From the IMG/VR virus record IMGVR_UViG_3300044631_002422, positions 64,001 to 128,000 of that record: a stretch of 64,000 bases of DNA; one strand, written 5' to 3'. Every line of letters starts with the position of its first letter. The first letter of the stretch is position 1. Both the position numbers and the translations under genes were made by a program. The notes below the pieces were generated by a model. It was given only the letters and a program-made list of their open reading frames with translations, had not been told where the DNA came from and made no database searches. This stretch comes from a virus. Below are positions 18,377 through 27,669 of the stretch, piece after piece.

Positions 18377-18448
18377 ATGGAAATGATAGTTGCTTTATTT
18401 TTAGTTTGTTTTATGTTTGAATTTTTTTGTATGATCACTGATCAATGA
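18377..18448 (+). CDS. possible 23-aa hydrophobic peptide
   Basis: AGGA RBS; MEMIVALFLVCFMFEFFCMITDQ fills the intergenic gap. Confidence 0.35.
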   Translation: MEMIVALFLVCFMFEFFCMITDQ

Positions 18449-18455
18449 GGTAAAA

Positions 18456-18770
18456 ATGAACCCTTATGACATAATAACTAGTATTTTTTCAAAAGACGGT
18501 TTTTCAAATGAATTATTTTCTGTAAAGTTCAAAGACTCTATAAATGTAAAGATAGAGCAAAATAAAGAAGGCTTTTTAGTGTCCTTTATTGATAGCAAGC
18601 CTACAATAAAAGTAAACAAATACGTTTCGTTGTCTTTGACTGTTAATTCAATCCTTCTAAGAAAAAATAGTGGAGTTTTTCAAATCGATTATTTCCCAGA
18701 TATTCCTTTTAGATACGATTGGATTTTTGGTGAAAATAACCCAGAAGGAGAATCAAATGAATTACAATAA
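18456..18770 (+). CDS. hypothetical protein
   Basis: ORF with GAGG RBS. Confidence 0.7.
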   Translation: MNPYDIITSIFSKDGFSNELFSVKFKDSINVKIEQNKEGFLVSFIDSKPTIKVNKYVSLSLTVNSILLRKNSGVFQIDYFPDIPFRYDWIFGENNPEGESNELQ

Positions 18771-19065
18771 TTTGCACGATGAAATAAATGCTAAATATGC
18801 AAATAGTCCTAGCAGGAAAAAATTAGCTGAAAAATGTTTAGAAAAAGCAAAAGAGTGGCTGGATAATTTTTCTGACGAAAACGACATTTCAAATTTGACC
18901 AATGTCGATATCAAAAAAATGAAGCGCGAATGTACAGCTTATGTCAAAAAAAACGTTGATACAGGTGAAGAGCGTAAAATTTACGGCTCAGTTTTGCTTA
19001 TGATTATTATGGGGGCGATTGTTTCTTGGTTAGTACAAAGACTTTTGGATGAACTTTTCGATTAA
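18757..19065 (+). CDS. hypothetical protein with C-terminal TM
   Basis: AGGAG RBS before ATG 18757; hydrophobic C-terminal helix. Confidence 0.7.
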   Translation: MNYNNLHDEINAKYANSPSRKKLAEKCLEKAKEWLDNFSDENDISNLTNVDIKKMKRECTAYVKKNVDTGEERKIYGSVLLMIIMGAIVSWLVQRLLDELFD

Positions 19066-19076
19066 AGGTAAAAATA

Positions 19077-19379
19077 ATGAATAATCTTGAAGACTATATT
19101 TCTAAAGTTAAACAATGGCATTATGACAGAAATCTCATCGAAGGAAGCAGTGATAAAGATCAAACTTTGAAACTGCTACAAGAACTTGGAGAACTGTCCG
19201 ATAGTGTTTGCAAGGGAAACGATATTCGTGACGATATTGGAGATATGTTAGTAGTTTTAATCAATATTGCTGAACGAAATAAGCTAAATCTTGAGGAGTG
19301 TTTGGCTAAGGCTTGGGATGATATCAAGGATAGAAAAGGAAGAATGGTTGATGGTATTTTTGTTAAAGACGTTAATTAA
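19077..19379 (+). CDS. MazG-like nucleotide pyrophosphohydrolase
   Basis: KLLQELGEL...DDIGDMLVVL...IKDRKG. Confidence 0.88.
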   Translation: MNNLEDYISKVKQWHYDRNLIEGSSDKDQTLKLLQELGELSDSVCKGNDIRDDIGDMLVVLINIAERNKLNLEECLAKAWDDIKDRKGRMVDGIFVKDVN

Positions 19380-19389
19380 CAATAAAAAA

Positions 19390-19400
19390 TGCGTATAGTA
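19390..19400 (+). promoter_or_regulatory. putative phage late promoter motif
   Basis: TGCGTATAGTA in the intergenic gap before a virion-like gene. Confidence 0.55.
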
Positions 19401-19436
19401 TTTTGTATCCAGTAATTAGAACTTTAGTACAACCAT

Positions 19437-20429
19437 ATGCCAAACCCATTTATACCCCCGAATAATAGAATTTTTTATGCTTGTCAAGCCATACTGTTAG
19501 ATGGCGTATACTTTGAGGGTGTGCAAAGCGCTGGAGTAAACTGGGATTTAACAACAGAAATGCTGTTAGATAATACCAAAATAAGACAGCAAAAACATAG
19601 GTTTGGAAAACAGTCATATACAGTTACCATTTCTAGGGTTATTCCTAGAAGTGGTTCTTTTTTTTATTCATCTGCAACCCATCCATTATTGACAACCCTA
19701 AAAGGACCAATTCCTCCCACAAAAGATATATCTTTGATTTATGGTCCAGATAGTCAGTCTCATATAAGTAAAAATGACCAAACTATATCAAAAATTACTT
19801 ACAATGATTCAATACTGACCTCTATTTCATATAGCATAAAAATTGATGGTCCAATAACTGAAAATTTGACCTTTCAAAGTCATTCTTACACCAAGTCTAA
19901 TGATACTATAAATTTAAATTCTACGCTGCCACAAAATGGGGCAACTATAAGAAGACAGGATATTTCTTTTAGCGGTGGCTCGGCATCGACACTTCCAACA
20001 GAAGTTTTAAACGCTTTCAATATAGGTAATTCTATTGATGGAAAACCTGTGTATGGTCTTCAGTCAATCGAAATTAATATAGAAATGAATTACAGAGATT
20101 TGCTGGACAATGGAACTTGGAATAGAAGTAGCGGAACAAAACAATTCAAACTTGTAGAAGTTCCAATTTCTGTAACTTCTTCTTTTATAGGTGTTATGCG
20201 ATCACATTATGACGAAAGTCGCCCAAACATAGACCCAAGTTATTACGACACAAATAGAACTATAGATTTAAAAGCAGTTGTTGATGGATCTGTTTTTAGA
20301 TGGAATTTAGGAACCGACAATTATTTAACTGGTTTCGATTTCTCTGGTGGAGATACGGAGGGTGGAAATGTAGAAGCTACTCTTAGTTATCAGAATGACA
20401 GCAGTGATTTTTATTTTACAAAGTCATAA
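19437..20429 (+). CDS. putative virion protein (tail tube-like)
   Basis: Beta-rich, Ser/Thr-rich; duplicated GVQS/GLQS and 'T.E.LTF / N.EATLSY' halves suggest a tandem tube-like fold (weak). Confidence 0.4.
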   Translation: MPNPFIPPNNRIFYACQAILLDGVYFEGVQSAGVNWDLTTEMLLDNTKIRQQKHRFGKQSYTVTISRVIPRSGSFFYSSATHPLLTTLKGPIPPTKDISLIYGPDSQSHISKNDQTISKITYNDSILTSISYSIKIDGPITENLTFQSHSYTKSNDTINLNSTLPQNGATIRRQDISFSGGSASTLPTEVLNAFNIGNSIDGKPVYGLQSIEINIEMNYRDLLDNGTWNRSSGTKQFKLVEVPISVTSSFIGVMRSHYDESRPNIDPSYYDTNRTIDLKAVVDGSVFRWNLGTDNYLTGFDFSGGDTEGGNVEATLSYQNDSSDFYFTKS

Positions 20430-20448
20430 TTCCGTAAAGGAAAAATAA

Positions 20449-21117
20449 ATGGCGAAAAAAAGGCAGGCGCAAAAACAATCAGTAAGACCTTCTCGTAAAA
20501 CATTAAAACCAAAAACAAAAAATCAAGAAAATTACATTATAGCTATGGCAGAATCAGACATAACATTTTGTTCTGGTCCAGCCGGATCTGGTAAAACTGC
20601 GGTTGCAGTTGGTTTAGCTTGTGAATATATTCTTGCAAATAAAGTTGAAAAAATAGTTATAACTCGACCTGTTGTTGAATCTGGTAGAGGTCTTGGGTTT
20701 TTACCGGGAACTTTAACCGAAAAAGTACAACCGTATTTAGTTCCAATAATCGAAGAAATGAAACTATATCTTGGTATAGACACATACAATTTAATGCGGG
20801 CTTCAAATATAATAGAGATTTGCCCACTAGAATATATGCGCGGAAGAAATTTTCATAATACATTTATGATTCTAGACGAAGGTCAAAATGCTACATTCGA
20901 GCAAATAAAAATGTTTTTAACTAGAATAGGAATAAACTCCAAGGCTATAGTAAATGGCGACCTAGATCAAACTGATTTAAGAGGCGGTGATTACGGCGGG
21001 TTACATGAATGCATGAAACTTTTAGATGACTTAGAGGGTGTAGCTATTTGCAAACTCGATTATTCAGATATTGTTAGAAACGGAATAATATCAAGGGTTT
21101 TAAGTAGACTGCGTTAA
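20449..21117 (+). CDS. phoH: PhoH family ATPase
   Basis: GPAGSGKT, ITRPVVE, LGFLPG, YMRGRNF, ILDEGQN, FLTRIG, GDLDQTD, DIVR. Confidence 0.96.
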   Translation: MAKKRQAQKQSVRPSRKTLKPKTKNQENYIIAMAESDITFCSGPAGSGKTAVAVGLACEYILANKVEKIVITRPVVESGRGLGFLPGTLTEKVQPYLVPIIEEMKLYLGIDTYNLMRASNIIEICPLEYMRGRNFHNTFMILDEGQNATFEQIKMFLTRIGINSKAIVNGDLDQTDLRGGDYGGLHECMKLLDDLEGVAICKLDYSDIVRNGIISRVLSRLR

Positions 21118-21140
21118 CATTAGATTTTTTGTGTTTTATG

Positions 21141-21181
21141 GGCTGCTTTGTATTACTATAAATACAGCAGCCTTTATTTTT
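21141..21181 (+). terminator. probable terminator hairpin
   Basis: GGCTGC-TT-TGTATT...AATACA-GCAGCC followed by TTTATTTTT. Confidence 0.65.
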
Positions 21182-21194
21182 GATAGGATGGAAA

Positions 21195-21548
21195 ATGCCA
21201 ACTTACGATTTTGAATGCGAGCCGTGCGCCTATATCACGGAAATAAGACAAAGTGCCAGTGAACCAAATATATTGAAATGTCCAATTTGCGAACAGGAAA
21301 CGCTTAAAAAAGTTTTTATCTCCGCTCCAACTGTATTCGTTCGCGGAGAACCAACAACGATAGGCCAATTAGCAGAACGAAATACAAGCAAAATTGGCAA
21401 ATATGAGCTAGAAACTAAAAGAGAAAGTGATAAAATTCAAACCGCTGTAAGCGAAGAAGTAAAAAAGAAAAGAAAAGAACATAGAGCAATTCAGTCAATG
21501 ACGCCAGAACAACAAGTTAAATATATAAAAACTGGGGAAATGCCTTGA
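21195..21548 (+). CDS. FmdB-family zinc-ribbon protein
   Basis: MPTYDFECEPC...CPIC...LKKVFISAP. Confidence 0.85.
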   Translation: MPTYDFECEPCAYITEIRQSASEPNILKCPICEQETLKKVFISAPTVFVRGEPTTIGQLAERNTSKIGKYELETKRESDKIQTAVSEEVKKKRKEHRAIQSMTPEQQVKYIKTGEMP

Positions 21549-21844
21549 ATCCATACGAAGCAAAATTTACTGAACTACTGAAAAAACATTACGAGTCAGT
21601 AACTCAACAAATAACAGAAAAACCTAGAAAAACAAATCCTCATATTGCAGTTTTGACATTCAAAATTGATGTTCGCGAGCTAGATAATCAAGGTATTATG
21701 GGAGAATCTATTTTGAGCAAGTCGGAATTATTGAAATATGGAATGAGTAATAAAGCACAAATTTTGATCAAAGGCGAAACAGAAGCTGATTGTATAAAAA
21801 AAGTAAAAGACATATTGGAGAATATAGATGCAAAATCCAGATGA
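21545..21844 (+). CDS. hypothetical protein
   Basis: Translationally coupled ORF. Confidence 0.65.
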   Translation: MNPYEAKFTELLKKHYESVTQQITEKPRKTNPHIAVLTFKIDVRELDNQGIMGESILSKSELLKYGMSNKAQILIKGETEADCIKKVKDILENIDAKSR

Positions 21845-22190
21845 TGAAGTTTTATTTAAAGAAATGGGAATACCAGATCCAATACAAACAAAAGTCACAT
21901 TCTTTGGCAAGGCGGCAAAAGAGTGCGAAGAATACTCATCGCTTGCTAAAAAGGTTGAAGTTAAATATAGTGTAACTGATTTGCAATACCACTACTTCGT
22001 AAGGGTTGGTCGCGGAGAGTTAATAGACCCATATGAAGCAAATTCAAATTTAAGCAGAAAGCATGTTTCTGAAATGTTTTCCTATAGAAAAGTTAGTGAA
22101 AGAGTTTTCAACTCTTTTTTGAAATATTTGGAAACTAAAAACAGAATACATTTTACTACGGCACGAAGACTTTTATTATCGGAGAGATGA
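21828..22190 (+). CDS. hypothetical protein
   Basis: ORF with GGAG RBS. Confidence 0.7.
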   Translation: MQNPDDEVLFKEMGIPDPIQTKVTFFGKAAKECEEYSSLAKKVEVKYSVTDLQYHYFVRVGRGELIDPYEANSNLSRKHVSEMFSYRKVSERVFNSFLKYLETKNRIHFTTARRLLLSER

Positions 22191-22191
22191 A

Positions 22192-22509
22192 ATGAAAAAG
22201 GGACCATTATCTGGAGAAGACAAAGAATATATCAAAACAAACTACAAAGGTTTGCAAGTTACTGTAATGGCCGAGAAGCTAAAACGGTCCTTGCCTATTG
22301 TTCAAAAATTTGTAGATGAACTATATTCCCAAGAGCCAAAAACCCCAGAAGCAACAGATGCCCAGAATCTTTACGCGCGCAAGCCAGAACGCGGAGTTGT
22401 TGTTTCAACTCAAGCGGCCTCTATGGCGGCAGATGAATCAAAAGAAAAGAAAGACCCCAGTAAAATTAGTCCAAGATACGATAAATTCATTCATAAGATA
22501 AAGAAATGA
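22192..22509 (+). CDS. hypothetical protein, possible N-terminal HTH
   Basis: LS.EDKEYI...MAEKLKRS...VQK. Confidence 0.65.
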   Translation: MKKGPLSGEDKEYIKTNYKGLQVTVMAEKLKRSLPIVQKFVDELYSQEPKTPEATDAQNLYARKPERGVVVSTQAASMAADESKEKKDPSKISPRYDKFIHKIKK

Positions 22510-23027
22510 GAACAGAAGTTTGTACAAATTTTGATGATTACATGCATTGTTTATGTCATGTAAAAATAAACATGAGTTGGACAGCCGAAATGCAAAATGG
22601 CTTGACAATTTACGGTGACTATGAACGCCCAGACTATCTCGACTGCTGGACAAGATTCAAGAACTATTGCGAAGAAAATAAAGTAGTTCCAGTTAGAATA
22701 AAACTGTATATGTTCGGCATGAAAGAGTTTATTTTTTTTGAAGACCCCAATGGACTAGATGGCTTTTCAATATGTAGGGGATGCTCAAGAGATCAATCTT
22801 TGAGTGGAGAGTTTAGAGATTTTCAGTTTTTAACAGTGTCGCTTTTGAGGGATGAGTGTGATTATATCAATGTCAGAAAGTTTGCTTGGCCGGAAACAGC
22901 TTTTGAAGAAGCTGAAAGCGTAAGGTTGATAACACAAAATAACATTGAACACATGATATTTAAACATGACTCAGAAAAAGCAAAACACGAAGAAGTTCAG
23001 CAGTATCTCAACAGGGCAACCATGTAG
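22506..23027 (+). CDS. hypothetical protein
   Basis: ATGA-coupled ORF. Confidence 0.7.
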   Translation: MRTEVCTNFDDYMHCLCHVKINMSWTAEMQNGLTIYGDYERPDYLDCWTRFKNYCEENKVVPVRIKLYMFGMKEFIFFEDPNGLDGFSICRGCSRDQSLSGEFRDFQFLTVSLLRDECDYINVRKFAWPETAFEEAESVRLITQNNIEHMIFKHDSEKAKHEEVQQYLNRATM

Positions 23028-23436
23028 TGCTGCGCAATACATTGCCGAGCTTGTATGTATAAGAAAATCGGAAAAGGATAACAAAGGAAGTTTAGCTTAT
23101 AAGTTTTGGAATCAAACAGAAAGCTACGAAATACAAATTCGTGTAGCCAATAAACTAATAAATAAGTACGGAGAAAGAGCCGTGCTTCATTATTTAAATA
23201 GCCCTAGCGGATCGAATGTTTATTCGCTTGGGTTTTTGCATAAAAGTAAGAATTTTGTTTTACCGTTAGATTTTGTGAAAAAGGGTATTGAAAATTCTAA
23301 GAAGATAACAGATGCCGAAGACGCAAAACCAAAAAAGATAGTAGAACAACCAACAGGCGAATACAAATCAAAACAATCATTACCAGATAAAAAAAGTTTA
23401 TTTTTCAAATTGAGGAAAGCAGATGGCAGTAACTAA
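22966..23436 (+). CDS. hypothetical protein
   Basis: ORF overlapping both neighbours, immediately upstream of recA. Confidence 0.7.
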   Translation: MTQKKQNTKKFSSISTGQPCSAAQYIAELVCIRKSEKDNKGSLAYKFWNQTESYEIQIRVANKLINKYGERAVLHYLNSPSGSNVYSLGFLHKSKNFVLPLDFVKKGIENSKKITDAEDAKPKKIVEQPTGEYKSKQSLPDKKSLFFKLRKADGSN

Positions 23437-25525
23437 AATACCTGATTATCTTAAAAAGTCAGCAAAAGATTATGGACAGATAATTAAAAGTGGTACAGAA
23501 GTATTAAAAGAAAAAAGCAGTTATGAAATTATTTCTGTGGGTCCAGCAATTGATATTGCTCTTGGAGGAGGAATAAAAGAAGGTAGTTGGGTTACTTTAA
23601 CCGGCGATCCTAAGAGCGGAAAAGATCAGCCACTGACATCTACAGTTTATACACCAGATGGTCCTAAAACAATGGGATCATTAAAAATTGGAGATTTGGT
23701 TTGTACTCCAGATGGCGACTTCGCGAAAATAAACGGTATTTATCCACAGGGATTAAAAGATGTTTATAGAGTTACATTTAATGATGGAACTTTTGCGGAG
23801 TGCGGGATAGACCACTTATGGAAAGTATGCAAAAATTATCACGGAAGAAATGACGAATGGGTAGTTTTACCATTGAGACAGATAATAGAAGAAGGCTTAT
23901 TTTACAGCGATAGAGCAAAGTGGAAAATTCCTATATGTGAACCTGTTTATTTCGGCTGTAAAAATCTTGAAATAGATCCGTATATACTGGGGTGCTTAAT
24001 TGGCGATGGTGGGTTGTCACAAGGAACTCCTATTATTACCACATCAGATAATGAAATTTTAGAAGCTTTTAAATATTATGCAAAAAATAATGGCTTAGAA
24101 ATTCATCATAGATCAAGATATGATTATTCTATTGTTGGATATGAAAAAAATGTTAATAATTTAACTAATAAGTTAAGAACATTAAATCTTATGGGTAAAA
24201 ACTCTCATACAAAATTTATACCACAAAACTATCTTTATTCATCTATTAATGATAGATTTGAATTAATTCGTGGGCTGATGGATACTGACGGATATAATGA
24301 CAATGGTAAGTCTGCTGAATACAGCACTGTGTCATACTTATTAAGTATTCATGTGGCAGAGTTATTGCGTTCGCTTGGGTATATGGTAAAAACAAAAGAA
24401 AGAATGACAAAATGCAATGGTCAAGAATTTAAATCTTTTAGACTTTATATATCAGGCAATGATGTAAATAAGCTTTTTAAGCTTAGTCGTAAAATTTTCT
24501 ATTCAAAAAGAAAAAAACCAAAATTATTCAAAACTATAAAGAAGGTTGAAGTTGTTAGAAAAGAAGAAACTCAATGTATCTTTATTAACCACCAAGACCA
24601 TCTTTATTTAACTGATAGTTTTAATGTTACTCACAATACAACTACAGCAATGCAGATAGCCGCTAATTGCCAAAAGCTTGGAAGAAACATAATTTATATT
24701 GACGCAGAAGGAAGATTCAAGGATATGAATTTTCAAGTGGACGGACTAGATCCTGAAAAGATGCTTATTATGGCTCCAGAAGACAAACCTATTCCAGCTG
24801 AGAAGTTTCTTGAATGGGCTTATATGATGATGAGTCACTCTGACAATTATGGGGCAGTATTGATTATTGATTCTATATCGTCGCTAATACCAGAAAAAGA
24901 ACTTGATGGAGATTTCACTGCTGGCCGCGCTGGATTACCAAAGGTTCTTTCTGTATTCACGAAGAAGGTTGGTCAGTTACTACCGAGGCAACGCGGTCTT
25001 GTTATTGCAATAACTCATTACATTGCGAATACATCCGGTTTTGGTAAAGCTAAAATGGCTGATGGTGGAAATAAAATTCAATATCAAGCTGACACAAGAA
25101 TGGAAATTGCTGGCGGCGGAGAAAATACCCCGGCAGTTAAATTTTGGGAAGATGATGAAGGTAAACGAGTTGGTCAGGTAGTTAACTGGAAAATTATTTG
25201 TTCATCTATGGGACCACCGGGAGGACAGGTACAGAGTTATATCAAGTACGGCCACGGGATTGACCGAACGCAGGAAATTTTAATGCTTGCTTTAGATCTC
25301 GGTTTAATAGATAAATCCGGCGCTTGGTTTACTTGTTCTTTTATTCAACTTTATAAAGATTTAGCAAAACAAATTTTTCCAGATATAAATGTTGAAAATC
25401 AAGAAGAGTTGTTTTCAGTAAAAGGTTTTAAGTTTCAGGGGCAAAATAAACTATATGATTTTTTGAAATCTCATCCAGTTCTTGTTGATACCCTAGAAAA
25501 GATGATAAAGGAAAACTTAACATGA
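23423..25525 (+). CDS. recA: RecA-like recombinase containing an intein
   Basis: IDIALGGGI, Walker A GDPKSGK|TT split by the intein, YIDAE, IIDSISSL, GGNKIQYQADTR, GLIDKSGAWF. Confidence 0.92.
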   Translation: MAVTKIPDYLKKSAKDYGQIIKSGTEVLKEKSSYEIISVGPAIDIALGGGIKEGSWVTLTGDPKSGKDQPLTSTVYTPDGPKTMGSLKIGDLVCTPDGDFAKINGIYPQGLKDVYRVTFNDGTFAECGIDHLWKVCKNYHGRNDEWVVLPLRQIIEEGLFYSDRAKWKIPICEPVYFGCKNLEIDPYILGCLIGDGGLSQGTPIITTSDNEILEAFKYYAKNNGLEIHHRSRYDYSIVGYEKNVNNLTNKLRTLNLMGKNSHTKFIPQNYLYSSINDRFELIRGLMDTDGYNDNGKSAEYSTVSYLLSIHVAELLRSLGYMVKTKERMTKCNGQEFKSFRLYISGNDVNKLFKLSRKIFYSKRKKPKLFKTIKKVEVVRKEETQCIFINHQDHLYLTDSFNVTHNTTTAMQIAANCQKLGRNIIYIDAEGRFKDMNFQVDGLDPEKMLIMAPEDKPIPAEKFLEWAYMMMSHSDNYGAVLIIDSISSLIPEKELDGDFTAGRAGLPKVLSVFTKKVGQLLPRQRGLVIAITHYIANTSGFGKAKMADGGNKIQYQADTRMEIAGGGENTPAVKFWEDDEGKRVGQVVNWKIICSSMGPPGGQVQSYIKYGHGIDRTQEILMLALDLGLIDKSGAWFTCSFIQLYKDLAKQIFPDINVENQEELFSVKGFKFQGQNKLYDFLKSHPVLVDTLEKMIKENLT
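23624..24637 (+). mobile_element. 338-aa class-3 intein with LAGLIDADG endonuclease in the RecA P-loop
   Basis: Starts DQPLTSTVYTPDG; block B CGIDHLW; LAGLIDADG motifs LGCLIGDGG and IRGLMDTDG; block F TQCIFI; ends VTHN followed by Thr+1. Confidence 0.9.
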
Positions 25526-26451
25526 ATTTTTGGAGTCTTCAAAAAGAAGGTAAGATTGATGGAAAATTTTTCTGCAATTTATACAAATGTTGCAAGGAAA
25601 TAAACATACAGGATTTAAAAAATGGAACTCGTAAAAACACTTACGAAGCAATGCAGAGTTATATCAATATCGATGAAAATTCTCCTACTTTAGTAACACA
25701 TGCTGGAGACTGGGGAATAAAGAAAAATCAATGTAGTATTACATCTAAAAACATATACGCTTATACTATTGAAGATGCAACTCACGGAGGAGTGTATCTT
25801 AATCTAGAAATAGATTCAGTTCTGCCAAATGTAAAAAGATGGTTCATGTCAAACATGGGTCAGCTTTTGCATGAAAAGATATACCCAGTTCCGTTGAACA
25901 TCCTTAAAAAGGATTGGCAAGGAATAGATATAAATCAATTGAGACATGTCAAAAAAGAAAAACTATGCTACGCAAATTTTACAATCACTTCTCCGTACAG
26001 AATACGGGTAGCTGAGTGGGCTTGGGGTGAAAAGTATATTGATTGCCATTTCCCGAAACGGTATGCAAATCAAGACATAGAACTTAGTATGCCAATCTTA
26101 AAAGAGCAAAGACTTTCTATGCAACAATTTACAGAAGTTTTATCTTCTTATCATTTTTGTATTGCGCCAACTGGAAACGGACTCGACACGTTTAGAACTT
26201 GGGAATGCATTTTATGCAATACAGTTCCAATAGTTCAAGACAATTGGATGAATAGAGTTTTCTCAAAAATATGGCCAATGATCATAGTGCAAAGATATGA
26301 ATTTACCGATGTTTACAAAAAGATAAATGAATTTCATGAGCAATATGGGAAAGTAAACTACGATTATTCTTTGCTGCTAGAAGAAAATTTTGATTTACTG
26401 CTAGATAGGATTGAATATGAAAGTAATAGGCTTAGACGGGAATACATATAA
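25522..26451 (+). CDS. exostosin/GT47-like glycosyltransferase
   Basis: SSYHFCIAPTGNGLDTFRTWECILCNTVPIV. Confidence 0.8.
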   Translation: MNFWSLQKEGKIDGKFFCNLYKCCKEINIQDLKNGTRKNTYEAMQSYINIDENSPTLVTHAGDWGIKKNQCSITSKNIYAYTIEDATHGGVYLNLEIDSVLPNVKRWFMSNMGQLLHEKIYPVPLNILKKDWQGIDINQLRHVKKEKLCYANFTITSPYRIRVAEWAWGEKYIDCHFPKRYANQDIELSMPILKEQRLSMQQFTEVLSSYHFCIAPTGNGLDTFRTWECILCNTVPIVQDNWMNRVFSKIWPMIIVQRYEFTDVYKKINEFHEQYGKVNYDYSLLLEENFDLLLDRIEYESNRLRREYI

Positions 26452-26821
26452 GTGGAATCCAAAATCAGGCTCAGATTCAGCCAAAAGGTCAAAACTTCAT
26501 GAAAAGGCAAAAATAATTCTTGACATATGTTTTCCTTATGATAGAATTCTACAAGAGGTTTCTTTACCCGGAACAAAAACACAAGGAAGAAAAGGAACTC
26601 TTCGGGCTGATTTTTTTATTCCGAATAGGAATCTTGTTGTAGAAATACATGGACAACAACACTTTAACTTTAACAAGTTTCATTTTAAAGATAAATTATC
26701 ATTCTTTCGCGCTCAGGCTAGAGACAGGGATAAGCGCGAATGGTGTAATATAAACGAAATTAAGATAATAGAATTCAATTACAACGAGAGTGAAGATGAC
26801 TGGAGAAGAAAAATTAGCTGA
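26417..26821 (+). CDS. Vsr/DUF559-like endonuclease
   Basis: LRADFFIP..LVVEIHGQQH...RDRDKREWC...IKIIEF. Confidence 0.8.
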   Translation: MKVIGLDGNTYKWNPKSGSDSAKRSKLHEKAKIILDICFPYDRILQEVSLPGTKTQGRKGTLRADFFIPNRNLVVEIHGQQHFNFNKFHFKDKLSFFRAQARDRDKREWCNINEIKIIEFNYNESEDDWRRKIS

Positions 26822-27275
26822 ATTTTTACAAGTCATAGAGGATTGGAAATTCTCTAAACATCTCAAGGAAGTGAAACCGCCAAAAGATGAATCTACATTG
26901 AATGCCATTCTAAATGGAAATTCCGAATGGTTAAAAATGCTGAACGATAAAGAATGTATGATGTACGCTTATGAACTTTATGTTTATGCTGAATATATTG
27001 AAACCATAAAAGCCAAAGAAAAAACAGTTTTAGAATGGGCGGATTCGTCTATTTGGTTTATAATAGGTGGAGTAATTAACCAGTACGGCAGTCAATACTC
27101 AAAGTGGCAAGAAAAGTATTACGCCGCTGTAAAAGAAAATCCACTCGCGTCAGAGATACTCAAGATTAAAAATCATGCAGAGGCTAGAGTAAGAATGCTT
27201 GATGGGAAACATGATAGATTGATGAAAATGGCGGACACTTTAAATAATTTAGCGAGGAGAAAGTATGGACAATGA
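26790..27275 (+). CDS. hypothetical helical protein (possible recombination mediator)
   Basis: Helical composition; lies between recA and dnaB; function is inference only. Confidence 0.6.
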   Translation: MKMTGEEKLAEFLQVIEDWKFSKHLKEVKPPKDESTLNAILNGNSEWLKMLNDKECMMYAYELYVYAEYIETIKAKEKTVLEWADSSIWFIIGGVINQYGSQYSKWQEKYYAAVKENPLASEILKIKNHAEARVRMLDGKHDRLMKMADTLNNLARRKYGQ

Positions 27276-27669
27276 ACATTTAAAAAGCATAGTAGATTCT
27301 TTGTCACCGGAACAGGTTGCGGATCTTTTACAACAAATACTTAAACAACAATCGGAAAAAAATGAGAAACCTACCTATAAAAGAAATCCACAAACTAGCG
27401 AAAAAAATGACAACTCTTTTGTAATGAAGCAAGAACAAAGCAAAGTTAGAAAAACACCAGTCACAGAAGGCAGGCGTTTTAATAAGTTTAAAGACACTGG
27501 CGAACATCGTGACGAAGTAAACAAAACGCCAGAAGTTAATCTAACTGAAAGACGAAGACCAACTTTCAAACAAGTAGACCAAGTTTGTACACGTTGCAAC
27601 AAAAAAGTTCAGGTTCATCCCCAACATGCTCGCGATTTTTATGTGTGTGACTCATGCCTAAGAAAGTAG
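27265..27669 (+). CDS. hypothetical protein with C-terminal zinc ribbon
   Basis: CTRC...CDSC. Confidence 0.7.
   Translation: MDNEHLKSIVDSLSPEQVADLLQQILKQQSEKNEKPTYKRNPQTSEKNDNSFVMKQEQSKVRKTPVTEGRRFNKFKDTGEHRDEVNKTPEVNLTERRRPTFKQVDQVCTRCNKKVQVHPQHARDFYVCDSCLRK

Noticed and set aside
21157-21164. TATAAATA T4-type late promoter
   Set aside because: It lies within a terminator-like hairpin, such a word is expected by chance in AT-rich DNA, and no gp55/gp33-like genes are seen.
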